Counted from the whole stretch's first letter, positions 25,061 to 38,000 are shown. The stretch: DNA of 63,931 bases, filler included, from Gonapodya sp. JEL0774 (GCA_027604505.1; 3 parts of 3 records of this genome joined end to end with filler, not necessarily neighbours in it), one strand, 5' to 3'. Made by a program: numbers and translations. Notes: generated from the letters alone by a model not told the origin.

Positions 25061-25625
25061 GGGGGGTGGGGGGGTGGTGGTGAAAGGCCGGGTGGCTGAT
25101 TGGCAGAGTGGACACTTGCCATTTGGAGTGCACATCCAAGTGCGAGGGACAGATTGGGTTGATTGGGTTGACGCGTGACAGACTCCCCACCATGATCATG
25201 TCTGATCTTTGTTTCTACACATTCACCCACATGCTTCGCATTCTCCCCACTCTCCACATACTCCACCCACATTCTCCCCATTGCCACTTACCACTGCACC
25301 AGAAGGTAAAAAGGGAGAGCATTGGTGAGCCCTCTGTCCTCATGCTTACCCAACAGAGCCAACTGCAAATTGCTCTTTCAGAAAAACAGAAGAGAGAGTA
25401 GGGAGAGAAGCGAGAAGGAGAGAAGAATGAGTGATGGAGTCGAATCCGAATGCATTTCTTAGAATTTTTCAAATAACAAAACAAGAGCACCACTTCGCCT
25501 GGTGCCCACGACCCCATGCCCTCGTCGTACTTCCCCTCCATCAAAATAAGATAAAACAACGAGCACACCATCACTGCCTGCATGCCTGCCCGCCCGCCAC
25601 CATATGGAACCGCTCTCAAGGCTTT

Positions 25626-28600
25626 CTAACTCCCGGTGACCTTGTTCCACATTCTTTGCAGCATGCCGCCACCACTACCCTTCTTGCTCTTGCTCTTGGT
25701 GGTCTTCCCATCATCCAGAGATGGTCCTGATGCTGCCGCTTTGACTTGAGCTGCTGTAGCTGCTGTACTGCCGCCACCACCAACCAAAAGCACTGCCGCT
25801 GGCGGCCAACTACCACTCGCACCCAGTAGCATGGACCTCACACGAGCACCACGATCTCCAACGACTCCACTTCTTCCTCCCCCAGTACCATCTCGCGGAT
25901 GAGCAAGGCCACTTTTCTCATTCTGCTCATCCAGCTCCAGCTTCTTCTGCACCCGCTCCTGCTCCTCCTGCTCTTGCTTAGAGTTCGCAAAAGAAGCATA
26001 CTGAAACGGCGGCGGCGGCGGCGGCGACAGCACACGCACACCCCAACACTCGTCCTCCTCCTCCGCCGACACAGCCACCCCCACTGCAGCCGCCCCTGCA
26101 GCCGCCTTGCCCCCCACCACAGGCTCGCCCGCGTCATCTGCGGCCGCTGTCGCTGCTAGTGGCCGCTCGCTGTCACTCTTGGTGCTCTTTCGGTACGCCT
26201 CCCGCGCGTTCTCGAGGTCCTTCTGTGAGGTGAGACGGTCCGGGTGCCCCTCCTTCAGGATTCGCTGGTGCACAGTCATGACGTGCTCCAGCATTGCCAG
26301 CGCCTTGTTCACCTGACTATCTGCCAGATACGCGTTTGCAAGGTCGTTCTGCGAGGTGAGACGGTGAGGGTGCCCTTCTCTCAGGACTCGTTTGTGAAGG
26401 GCAACAACGTGCTCCAGCAGTTTGACGGCCTTCCCCACCTGCCCGTCAGTCAGGTACGCGTGGCCCAGGTAGTTTTGAGTCCTCAGGCAGTCAAGATGGT
26501 CCTCTGGCTGCGTCCTCAGGCGAACGGTGACTACGTGTTCAAGCAGCGTGAGAGCTTGTTTGACCTGCCCGTCAGCGTCGTACGCGCGGCCGAGGCGTCC
26601 TTGCGAGGCCAAACGGTACGGGTGCTCCTCCGCCAATGTTGTGGACTGAACGGCAACGACATGCTCCAGCAGCTTGATGGCCTTGCCCACCTGCCCGTCA
26701 GCCTGGTATGCAGAAGCAAGGTTATTCTGCGAGGCCAAACGGGACAGGTGCTCCTCCACCAGAACCCGCTCACGAACAGCAACGACATGCTCAAGCAGCT
26801 TGATGGCCTTGCCCACCTGCCCGTCAGCCTGGTATGCAGATGCGAGGTTATTCTGCGAGGCCAGACGGGATGGGTGCTCCTCCAACAGAACCCGCTCACA
26901 AACAGCAACAACATGCTCCAGCAGCATGACGGCCTTGCCCACCTGCCCGTCATCCTGGTATGCGGAAGCGAGAGTATGCTGCGAGGCCAAACGGGACAGG
27001 TGCTCCTCCGCCAATGTTGTGGACTGAACGGCAACGACATGCTCCAGCAGCTCCACAGCCTTGCCCACCTGCCCGTCGTCCTGGTATGCGGAAGCAAGAG
27101 TATGCTTTGACGCTAAACAGTCCGCGTGGTCCTCTGCTAGAGTTGTGGACTGAACGGCAACGACATGCTCCAGCAGCTTGACGGCCTTGCCGACCTGCCC
27201 ATTTGCCTGATATGCCCTCGCAAGGTTACTCTGCGAGGCCAGAAGGTCCGCATGCTCCTCCGCCAGAATTTTGGACTGGACGGCAACGACGTGTTCCAGC
27301 AGCTCCACCGCCTTGCCGACCTGCCCGTCGGCCTTGTATGCAGAAGCGAGAGTTTGCTTTGATGCTAAACGGTCCGCGTGGTCCTCTGCTAGAGTTTTGG
27401 ACTGGACGGCGACAACATGCACCAGCAGCTCGACAGCCTTGCCGATCTGCCCGTTTGCCTGATACGCCCTCGCGAGGTTGTTCTGCGAGGTGACAAGGTC
27501 CGCATGATCCTCTGACAGAATTTTGGACTGGACGGCAACGACGTGCTCCAGCAGCTTGACGGCAGCGCCCACCTGCCTGTTGTCCTGGTACGCGTTCGCG
27601 AGAGTGTACTGCGAGTTGAGTCGGTCCACGTGGTCTTCCGGTAGAACCCGCTCACGGACCGCGACAACTTGTTCAAGCAGTGCCACAGCCTTGTCTACGT
27701 CCCCTTTGGCGCGGTAAGCCATCGCAAGGTTCTGCTGCGACACCAGCCAATCCGGGTGTTCTACCCCCAGGACTTTGGTACGGACAGTGACAACGTGCTC
27801 TAGCAGGTCTATGGCCTTGTCCATATGCCTGTCTTGGTAGGTTACTGCCAGGTTGGCCTGAAACATCAGTCGAGACGGGTGTTCTTCCCCTAAAACTTTG
27901 GCACGGGAGTTGACAAGGTCTTCCAGGAGTTCCGTGGCCTTCTCTACCTGCCCGTTGGCGCGGTATGCCATCGCCAGGTTATTCTGTGACACCAGCCAAT
28001 CAAGGTGTTCTACTCCCAAGAATCTGGCACGCACGGCGACCACGTGTTCCAGCAGCTCCACGGCCTTGCCCACCTGCCCGTTGGCCTGGTATGCAGAAGC
28101 GAGGTTGGCCTGCAACACGAAACAGGATGGGTGGTCCTCCGCCTGTGTTGTGGAAAAGACAGCGACGACGTGCTCCAGCAGCTCCACGGCCTTGGCCACC
28201 TGCCCGCTAGCCTGGTACGCCAAAGCAAGGTTGGCCTGTGAGCCCAGACGGAGCTGGTGGTCTTCTGCCAGTGTTCTGCACCGCATGGCGACAACATGCT
28301 CCAGCAGCGTGACGGCCTTGACCACGTGCCCGCTGGCTCGGTATGCAGATGCAAGATGGTTTTTCGATGCTATCAAAGATGGGTGTTCCTCCGCTAAGGT
28401 CCTCTCTTCGACGGCTACGACCTGTTCCAGCAGCTCCATCGCCTTCCGGACCTGTCCATTTGCTAGGAGCACCGACGCCAGTCTTTTCTGTGATGAGAGA
28501 CGATCTGGGTGGTCTTTGACCAGGACTTTCATATGAACGGCTACTACGCCCTCCAGAAGTTGCAGGGCTTTGGCCGTCTGCCCGTTGGCTTGGCAAGCAA

Positions 28601-31318
28601 TTGATAGGAAGATCTGTGAAAACAACCGATACTGGTGGTCCTCAGTGAGGACTTTGGTGCTAATGGCAACCACCTGCTCAAGCAGTTCCACAGCCTTGTG
28701 CACGTACCTGTCGATTAGGTATGTGTACGCAAGTATAGACCACGCCATCAGTCGATGGGGGGGTTCGTTATCGCGCAATGGAATTTGGCATACAGATTCA
28801 AGCAGCTTTATGGCCTTGCGATGCTGCCCATTGCCAGTCCAAGCATAGGCAAGTTAGTTCTGAGACTCAAGTCGATCTATGTGGTCTTCCGGCAGAAACA
28901 AGATGTCGCGTCTCCCAGTAGCGCTTTTCTCAAGCCACACCTCTGCATCTGTTCCTCTGAAATCGACCAACAAACATCTCCCAATCCAATAGCAAATATG
29001 GTATCGCTCCGCCAATTCCTTGCCTTCGCTACTTCCAAGCACTTTCACGGCATGCGGGAGGTACGCCCTCCACACATCCCTATGGTCCCAATCATCTGTA
29101 TGAAATACTGACGCGATATGATGGATCGCTTCTCTCGTCTTTTCTGCAATGAGGCCCTGAGTGCGGAGCCAGTTTCCAGCTGCCAGGTGCACCAACCGGT
29201 GGAGGTCGTACATTTCCCGGTCCTTCCGAGTTGATATGAAGGCGTACCCTGTGAGTACACCGATTGCTTTTTCCGTATCTATTTCATCTCCTATGGTTGG
29301 TAGGATGGATCGAGGAATCGCCTTGGACTCGATGCACGACATAAATGCGAGGAGATCTATTGCCGCGGGAGACCTCTCCGTAATTTGCTTGAACGAGACC
29401 AGCCACGTAGACACCACTGCATTTTTGGATCCTTTGTATCGTTGCTCAATCGCAAATTCCTCGCTGAGAAGCTTCGTCGCGACTCGCTCTGTGCTTTTAA
29501 GCAAATCCATATACCCCTTGATTGATAGCTGAACATTCAAGTTGAGGAAGGCTGCTGCCTGTAATATAGCCAATGGGAGGTACGTGAGTTCGTCCAGAAG
29601 CTCGATCACAATCGAACGATCGTCGAGTAACTCCTCCCGCTCATCCGCGAGCGCCTTCCCAAGGAAATCCAGGGCCTCAGCTTCACTCATTTCCTTCACG
29701 TTAATGAAATTGCCCGGTGCCAGTGCCTGTGCTGCCTCTCGAGTACGTGTGGTGTACACGATTAGGCCATCTTCGCTCTGCGGAAGATGCTCGTTAATAC
29801 CTCCATCACCGACAACTAGCTCTACATCATCGGCATTGTCGACGATCAGAAGCCACGGTCCGACTTCCTTCTTACTCAGAAAGCGCCTTACCACCTCACG
29901 CACGTCTTCCTTGTCATCCGCTGCTGGAGAAATGCCCAATTCCGAAGCGACTTCCCTGCACGCCTGCTCGAATGTCTCCATGCTGACCGCTGGCAGCCAG
30001 AAAATGGAGTACTCTGGTCGAGCCGCCTTCACTCTGTAAGCAAACTCCAGGGCGATTTGCGTTTTACCAGCACCACCGAGACCAATCAGAGCCACTTTCT
30101 GACATTCTTGGTTGTCGAACAGCTTTCTAGTCAGTTTCTCGAGCTCGGCGTTGCGGCCCACGAATTGCTTGTTCGGCAAAAACGGAATGTAGTACGAAGA
30201 TTTGTGAGTATCTAGTTGGAATCTATCAGCTATTCCGTCCGACCGGGATATCAGTACTAATGCAATAAATTATGTCACTCACCAAGCGTTCGATATTCAA
30301 TCGGGGTTATCACTGACAGTACCTCTCTCGCACAAACTGCTGCAGTGCCCGCTGCATAAGCCCGCCATTTCTCGTACTTGTGCGAGTCTGCATAATCGCT
30401 TATACCTCGAATCACGAGACATGGGAAAGTGTTCATGACACCGGCCGCTTCCCTTTCAAAACACAGCACTCCACCGAGCTTCTTGCTGACCGCGTCTCTC
30501 CGGACTGCATCCCTGATTTCCTGATTGCCCGATGCGATGGTACCGTAGTGAACTAAAGGGTCACTTGTACGTCTTGGGTCGCGTTTGACCTGTCTCTCGA
30601 TCGTGCACGAGTGACATGTCGGTCCTGGAATGTGGCTGTACGCCGCATCATACAGTATGTCCGCCCCAGCATTCTCCCGAGCAAACAGTATCCCCCTTCG
30701 ATTTTGAAACTTGGAACAGTATCCCAGGAGCGCCTTGTCGCTGAGGAGGAGATTGGCGTGAAGCCTATTCAAAGCTGCAAGAAGCATGTTCGGCGGCATG
30801 TTAAGGTGTCCTGTTCGTTTGGTATATCCGCTTGGGTCGAAGTCGAACTGTAGCACACCCCCATGTGAGGAACTCGGCTGGCTGACCACCACATCACCCA
30901 GTCGAATGTCTGCCTCAGGACCAGGAACGCCGCTTCCAATTCCCACCATGAGACCGAACTGTAATGACCGGAATATTAACCTCATTTGTGTAGCCACCGT
31001 TGCGGCAGAGGAGGCCCCGGCGATGCCCGCAGGGAGGCAAGCGATAACCGTGTTGTGTTTCCCGATCTGACCGAATGTGTACAGGTTGTCGTCGCCGTTC
31101 ACCCTTTCGAGTTGTTCGTGTTCGTCGTCTAGCATTGCCTCGGCTGCAGCAAGCTCCCACGGGTGAGCACATATCCAGCCTACGATGTAATCGTCACGAC
31201 AAAGGCGGCGCCTTGTCTTGGGGGCTGTTGGAGTGAGAATGGACGTTTTGGCCAGTCGAAAGAGCCAACCGGAGAAACAAGGTGTTCAGGCATCACCTCC
31301 GGCATGCCCGTCCGACAT
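25626..31318 (-). CDS. Fungal NLR: PNP_UDP (nucleoside phosphorylase) - NB-ARC - TPR (~21 x 42 aa), interrupted by one in-frame TAA (possible recent pseudogene)
   Basis: ATG at 31318 and 2 introns (second at 30212-30282). PNP motifs DYIVGWICA, FGLMVGIGSGVP, DIRLGDVVVS, VHYGTIASGN and IRGISDYADSHK. Walker A GLGGAGKT and Walker B WLLIVDNAD. Kinesin-light-chain-type TPRs LLEHVVAV...LAEEHPSRLASQxxLAxAY. The TAA at 28854-28856 is in frame with the downstream 1050-aa ORF. Confidence 0.9.
26190..28880 (-). repeat. 126-bp coding tandem repeats (TPR array) with high internal nucleotide conservation
   Basis: Recurring + strand strings such as GCTCCAGCAGCT..ACGGCCTTGCCCACCTGCCCGTC at a ~126-nt period, most similar between ~26560 and 27560. 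Confidence 0.9.
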
Positions 31319-32102
31319 TTAATTCAGCTCTTTGAGGTATGAAAAGAGAGATATCTTTAGGGGTTTCGGTCGAGAAAGCCCTCCAATGGTGCCACTGGAG
31401 GTTCTCGTGGGTTGGAGGCAAGGTCCGCCTCCTCGGTATGGGAGAGGGGTGTTGCAGAACTTATGCTTCCACTCCAGTTAGAACACCCTGGTCCACAGGA
31501 TCAGATCAAATCACACATCGCGACCCGACTTTGACTCGCTTCAACTCATTTCTTAACGGTGAAACCAGTAACATGCAATTTATACATTTCACAAAGAAAT
31601 TGTGCGCGACACGCTACTGCCGTATTCGAAAAGTTGGGTGCCAATCCACGCAATGCTCATCCGATCATGCGGGGCCCAATGAGTTGACAAATCACAGCAT
31701 CAAAATTTCAGGTTGGGTGGGGGGGGGTGAGGTCTGTGACACCCTTTGAGCCGAACAGAATAATTCACTAAAACCCAGAAAGGTGTCCAAACACCTCAAA
31801 AATTTAAACATGACATCTTCCCAATGTCTCGAACGCTTCCTGAAAATCCCCCACCATCCGGGCTTCATGGGGGCCCGCAAATCGGACAGGGTGTGGCAGG
31901 TGCACGCTCGACTGTGCCACAGTCCCGTCTCCCACCGCAAAACGTTCGCAAAACTCACTGACAACTTACATACGTACAACACGTCATATACCGAAATTAT
32001 ATTTTATATATTCTTCAACGCTCAAGCATTGGATTTGCTCATATCTGTAAGACGAGCCAGTGCCACAAAGATGGGCTCGCAGACAATACCAAGTGTCACA
32101 AT

Positions 32103-33939
32103 GCCATCAGGAAATCAGCTTTTTCATGTAACAGTAGTTAAACGCCAGCAAAAGCTGCACGCGTTTACAGGCGTTTAAACAAGTCATTAACCGCTTTCTC
32201 AGTCTTTTAAAGGAACGTGTAAACGTTATGAACATGAGTAAACGGTGTGAACGCAGAACGGCTGCATCCAAAGGCCTTTGAACGCAAGTGAACAATAACT
32301 AAACGCTCTGAACGACGGTCACATGTATTGAACGCTATTTTATGAAACATTGGTACATTGAACGCCTTCAAACGGCATTCGAGCGGCTTCAAATGCGAAC
32401 ATGTGTCGAAATCCCACACATCCATACCCAGAGATTCTGTGCCACTCCACTGATATTGAGTTGCTTACTTGAGCTTGAGAGGCATCAACTAAACTCATGA
32501 TGATACTGGGTGTGGCCTAGTTTCCCATATAGTATAAGGATCATTGGAATCGAATCGATATGGGAATCCTGTACCAAGTGAGGGGAGTTAGTTTCTGGCG
32601 TCCAACATTCTCAGAGAAGGAGACCGAGAGCGGCGCCGGCCCGGGGTTGTGGAGCACTCCAGAATTCGTGGGATACTGAACGTTAGTTTCAGCGCAAAAA
32701 AACAACTGATCGTCGCCGCTTTGGATTTGGAGAGTTCATTGGGATTGGTATTTGAGGTGAAGACGGTGCTGTGGTCATTGCCTGGCTTGCCCGGTTCCGA
32801 AGAATTTCGCTAACACCTAAATACTCGCGCAATCGACCTTACCACACCGCGGCGCTTCCGCGCAGCTGCCCTTCCTCTATGAACCTTCGCCTTCACGGTG
32901 TCTGCCGGTCTCGCTGGCGCCACATTCGCCCACAATCCACTGTCTTCGCATTCAGTTCAAAGAAGACGCCAGGCCGAATGGGGCGCCAGCGCGCGTTTTT
33001 TTCTCCTCGAGGACCTCGATTGGCATTTTATGAGGTATGTAATGAGCTCTGGAGCGACCGCGGCTGTCTCATTGGACGAAAGTGGTTCCGTTGTTTGACC
33101 GGCGTTCATGTCAAGTGGGAATCTCTCCGGAATCCTAGCGTTTCTTTTTGAACTTTCTATTGTACTTGTTGACTTGCTCTGTATTCTCACCAATTCCTCT
33201 CTTGGTGGCGTCTCATAGCGTTCTCCATCGTCCTCTCCAACTGTATGGCCACCGTTTCCCCTGGAATCATGTATTCACTACTCCGAGTTCTCTCGCACAG
33301 ACAATATGAACTATAACTGGCTTAGGAGATTCAGTGCGGTTGCCAAAGGTGAGTTGAATACCGTTGTGGTGGTGCTCACTTTGCGAGGGCATGCGAGATG
33401 ACGGGAGGCCAGAACGGTGTCTGCGTATATTCTCTTGAGTATATAGTGATTGCCTAATAGTTGGGGGATTGAACCATGGACCCTGGACAGGGTTGCCATC
33501 CGGCGTTGTCGTTAGGGGAGCGTGGGCTTGTCTTGTGATGCGACCCCATTCATCTCAGATTTGCACTAATTTAACATCATTGGTGTATTGAGTGGTCGTA
33601 ATATATATAGCTTTTGTCTAATCGCGCCTGTTTAGTACCCGGAATGGGGCATCGTTTATTTGGTGTTTGGCAAGGGTTACTTGCCATTGATGGCCAAAAA
33701 ACCATGAAGTTAAACGCCAAGAGTTGCACGTTCAAGTCTTTTGAATGTCAATAAGCTACTGTTTAAAGCATTGGTCTCAGCGTTTAATGGTGTTCTGTGC
33801 CCGTGACCGGCAGTCACACGCATTAAACGCCGTTCACAGTCCTTTATTGGTGTTCAAATGAGGGGGGGGCTCTTCAATGCGTTCAGGTGTTTCATGGCGT
33901 TTAATGGCGTTTATTGCCGTTTTTTAGTTTCCCGATGGC
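32103..33939. mobile_element. Putative non-autonomous DNA transposon with short TIRs and subterminal T(A/G)AACG / CGTT(C/T)A repeat clusters
   Basis: GCCATCAGGAAA (32103-32114) vs TTTCCCGATGGC (33928-33939) is an 11/12 inverted match. Dense TAAACG/TGAACG/CGTTTA/CGTTCA motifs at ~32140-32400 and ~33710-33920. No clear TSD. Confidence 0.4.
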
Positions 33940-35399
33940 GGGAACGCACTTAACCTGCAGACATGCTCCCAAGGTATTAAGCACGAAATGCGTAACACAC
34001 ATTTCCTGTAGATTGTCCCTGGGCGCCACGCATTGACCATGTGCGGCTAAGGGCATGGCAACAGCTAGGTGTGACCAGCTTGCAGGCCCTGACAATAATA
34101 CGTTATTGTGGTTTCGGGAAGCCCCAGATGTCACGCGTAGCAGGCGGTTAATGGTGGAACAACAAGCAGAGCCAAAGTAGACTCACTTGCCGCGCAGATG
34201 GTTCTCCTATGCAGTAGTGCCTGGCGGACGGACCCGTACAAGTGTTACCATGATTGCGAATTGTTTCAAAGCGATTCATAGAGCTAATACAATGTCGTTT
34301 TACATTTTGAATGCACTAGCAGGCATCAAAGTTCAACTGACTCGATGAGCCCAACTAAGCTAGGACGGAGCCCTCCTCAGGTGCATAGCACAGGTTCATG
34401 GTTGGAGGGTTATTTTCCCTGGTATTGATCAACTGTTTGTGGATAGCACACTCAAAAGTTGACTGTGGCAGCGCCTATGCCAATACCTACTCCATTATGT
34501 ACTGAAGTATGCGACAAAGCGGCTCAAAGTCAGCCACAGACACCAATTGTGTCGCCCACCAGCAGATAAACTGCCAATGAGCAAAATGCAAGCGATACGC
34601 AACCCCTGCCTAAAAGGGGAAGGCTCTCTGCAACTGGTGCAAATCTCATCAACATTGAGAACACCAGTCAAAACTCCAAATTGAGTGACAAGGAGCACCT
34701 GACATCGAGTCAGAGGCACAAATAGGCGTAGTTGAAGTACACATTGATCCTGCATATAATTTGCGCGGAATCGTACTGGACGCATTACCAGATATGGGTG
34801 CATCGATCTTGGCGATAAGTTAAGACACAGACTCTAAGTACTTTCATAAAGAAGAACAATACAAACGACTAGCCAGTCATCCCAATTTTCTTATACGAAT
34901 ATACAATCAAGTGCGAGGGATGGATCAATCAATCACTGTGCCACTTCCCACCCCCATCCCGCAACTTTGACTCCGGCCTCACTTCTATCATCCTCTTTGG
35001 TCACAGGCAACCTTTGCAAGCTTTGGATAAACCTTTGTTCTGGGGTCACCCGATGCGTGGAGGGCCGGCAGCGGCAAGCTCGGAGTTACTTTGACACAGC
35101 TTGTGTCAACGGCGCAGCGGAGATACTTGTTGTGCACAGACTGATGGAACGGTGCCCTTGCAAACGTTGAGAGCCTACTAAACTAGGGTCTCACAGGCCT
35201 GAGATCAAATTGTGGGGCTCCCATATTGGGCGAGGAACAATTGTGGGGGATGGAGGTGACTGTGGTTGTCAGGTGGAGGAGTTTTATGTATTCGGGAGGT
35301 TCTGGACTGCACCACGCAGTTGGAGGATTTGTGACGGCCCAGACCCTTGGCGTTGGGCAGTGTGTGTTGGAACTTGGAAGGCAGCAACCAGAAAAAATT

Positions 35400-38000
35400 A
35401 ACAAAGTGCTCCTTGTAGGGGGGTCCAAATCCACTGCTTGTTTACCTTGTCAATTCTTTCAGTATCAGTGGTATTACTCTGGCTGAGATGAGCACAACAC
35501 ACTATGAGGTAAGTTCTCACTTCACATTTTGTTCTGCTGGGTTTGATGTGTGGTAAGTGGTTGCCACCAGGCACCGGCACTTGGACTTTTGTTTCATGTA
35601 CTCATCTGTCCACACTTGCCTCTTGGTCCTTACAAGGGACTATATAGAAGGTTGCATCTTGTGGTTGTTTTGCTTCTACAGCTCATCAGTCATTTGAGGA
35701 ACAAGGTTCAGGAAGGTGTTCACTGAGGCACAGTCAAACCTAGGAACCAAGTTGAAACACAAGTTGGTACCATTACAACTCTCTCTTGTTTAGCTGGCTT
35801 GTGGTAGCAATGAATCATCTTGCGTACCCATTTAGATTCTCTCCCCGTGAAAATTCACTTTCCTCCAGACTTCGAATATGCACTAGTTTGAACAGGTTGA
35901 ACGGGTTGAACCAACGGTAACATTAACATAGTCTGTTCAGAAACAAATACAAGCATCACAACCAATCCACTGGCTGCGGAGATCTACAGTGTGACACACC
36001 CCACATACTTCTGTCACATTGGCCCTTGGGGACATTGTCTTCCAACCCACCTGCACTGTCGTCTCAATCTGAGGCAGCATCTTCATCTTTGGAAGTTTCA
36101 GATGCTGAAGATTCTGTGTCTGATTCCTGCTTATTGGAAACATTATGTTTTGGTGTTCAGACGAATGTGATGTGTGTCATTGCCCCATCATGCAACACAC
36201 TCACCTCTTTTCTTGCTCTTGTACATGATGTCCAGGGCTGTCTGGTTAAGGAGTTGATCACCAAGGAATGGCTGGACGCTGAACACTGTGTGTTGGTCTG
36301 CTTCCCCTTCAAAGACAGGCTGTCCAAACAAGTTACATCATGGACAGCCAGTGGTGAAGGTGGAGGAAAGTCTTCCACTGTGTCTGCCAACATGTCAAAC
36401 TGGTGAAAACATAGTGAGCAGTCTTGATCAGGTGTGGTGGTGAGAGATAGTTTACAATGGCTTGAGAATGACCCACCAGAAAATTCAGGCCTCCTCCACA
36501 TCCTGAATACTTTTCAGGAACTTGCTCCACCACTTTCTCATCACTAAAATTGTCAAACCCCCAGGAAAATATCCTCGAAGTTGCTGAGAGGCGTGTCTGG
36601 GGGAGGTAGTGTGAAAGATGTGGCTGCAGCCTGGTGGGATAATTGAGCTAGCACAGATGGTTCCGAAAGAAGGGGTTAGTTTAGCGGTGGGACAGTAATC
36701 AGAGAGAGGCAACTCCAAACAAGATTCCCACATGCAACCACAGGATTGTCAAAGAGCGTGGGGTATGAGCATGGAAGAACCTAACATAATTTGTTTCAGT
36801 AGTGCACTCACAGGAAGAAGACAATCACAACCACAACTTGTGAGAAAGTGAAACTCCCATATGATGGGTCTGCTCAGAACTTGCAGGAAAGGTAGAGAAT
36901 AGATTTTTCATTGTGTGGGACCCCTTGGAAGTGATCTGGGGTGTGCCTGAAGCATGTTCCACATTCCAGTTACATTCACTTTTGAAACACCAGCAAGTGA
37001 TGTTGCTTTTCAGATGCAAGAACGATACCATTTTTTTGAGCAAGGGGACAACCTACCAGCTTGTGGACCACACATATATTATTTGCTTCTCTTCTGTGCT
37101 GTAGTCCCACTTGCGCAACTGGCAACCCTGCCCCAGCCCCGCCCCTCCCCTCTCCCGAATATGCAAAGTCTGCCATCTTAGTCAGCCCATCACAAATCTT
37201 GTTTATTGGACAAAGCTATATTATGGAAAAATGATCCAGTGATGGATGGCTGTAAACAGAGAAAACCTTCAAATAGAAACATATTACAAACATCTCAAAA
37301 GTACCTGTTCAGTATCCTGTGCAATACTGCAAGCTCTTGCTTTGTTGGCTGATCAATTCAACTTGCCAACTCAATATCAGCACTTGGAGGGACATTTCCC
37401 TCAATGGGTACCATGGCAAGTGATCTAGCAACATACAAAAGATGGAGGATGTCCTTGTTATTGCTGAGATTGGGCTTTGCTGGCCCCCCCCCCCCCCAAC
37501 CACACCTATCAACAATGAATGGTGTGAGATTCAGATCTATATCTGTGAATTTGCAATGGATGCATGCTTACATCTTGGGATCCCATCACCACTAACTTTG
37601 GGAATTTGAAGTGGAGGACTCCTCCTGAGGCTGTGGCAGACAGTGCTGACAAAGATTTGGTCCAGGCTCAGAGCTTTGTTGAGCCACTGAAGAACGACCA
37701 GAATGTACATTGCTTGAGGAATCCCAACATAGGAAATATTCCTGATGTGGTTGTGACCACAGTCCTGAGTCCACAAATGAATTCAAGACAGTGGGCAAGT
37801 AGGTATACAACTGTACATAACATGTATATGAGTTACAACTTGCACCATGTGCAGCTGAATGATGAATGGGCAGGGACATCTCACATCAGTGTATGGTTAC
37901 TCACAGTAGAGGGATGTCAATATACAGATGCGTGCATGGTGGAGGCTGATTGTGGTGTCACAAGGGTGCCTCCGGACTTTTGGCACCAATGACTGACTTG
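35400..38000 (-). pseudogene. Heavily decayed transposase-like / PHD-finger-containing relic, CpG-depleted
   Basis: PHD-like CGVCHTVDLRSQWIGCDAC (~35950-36010) and fragmented ORFs with many stops. CG dinucleotides are nearly absent. The family assignment (MULE-like) is weak. Confidence 0.35.

Noticed and set aside
26244..28596. Long antisense and alternate-frame ORFs over the TPR array
   Set aside because: They are shadow ORFs produced by the repetitive, GC3-rich coding strand.
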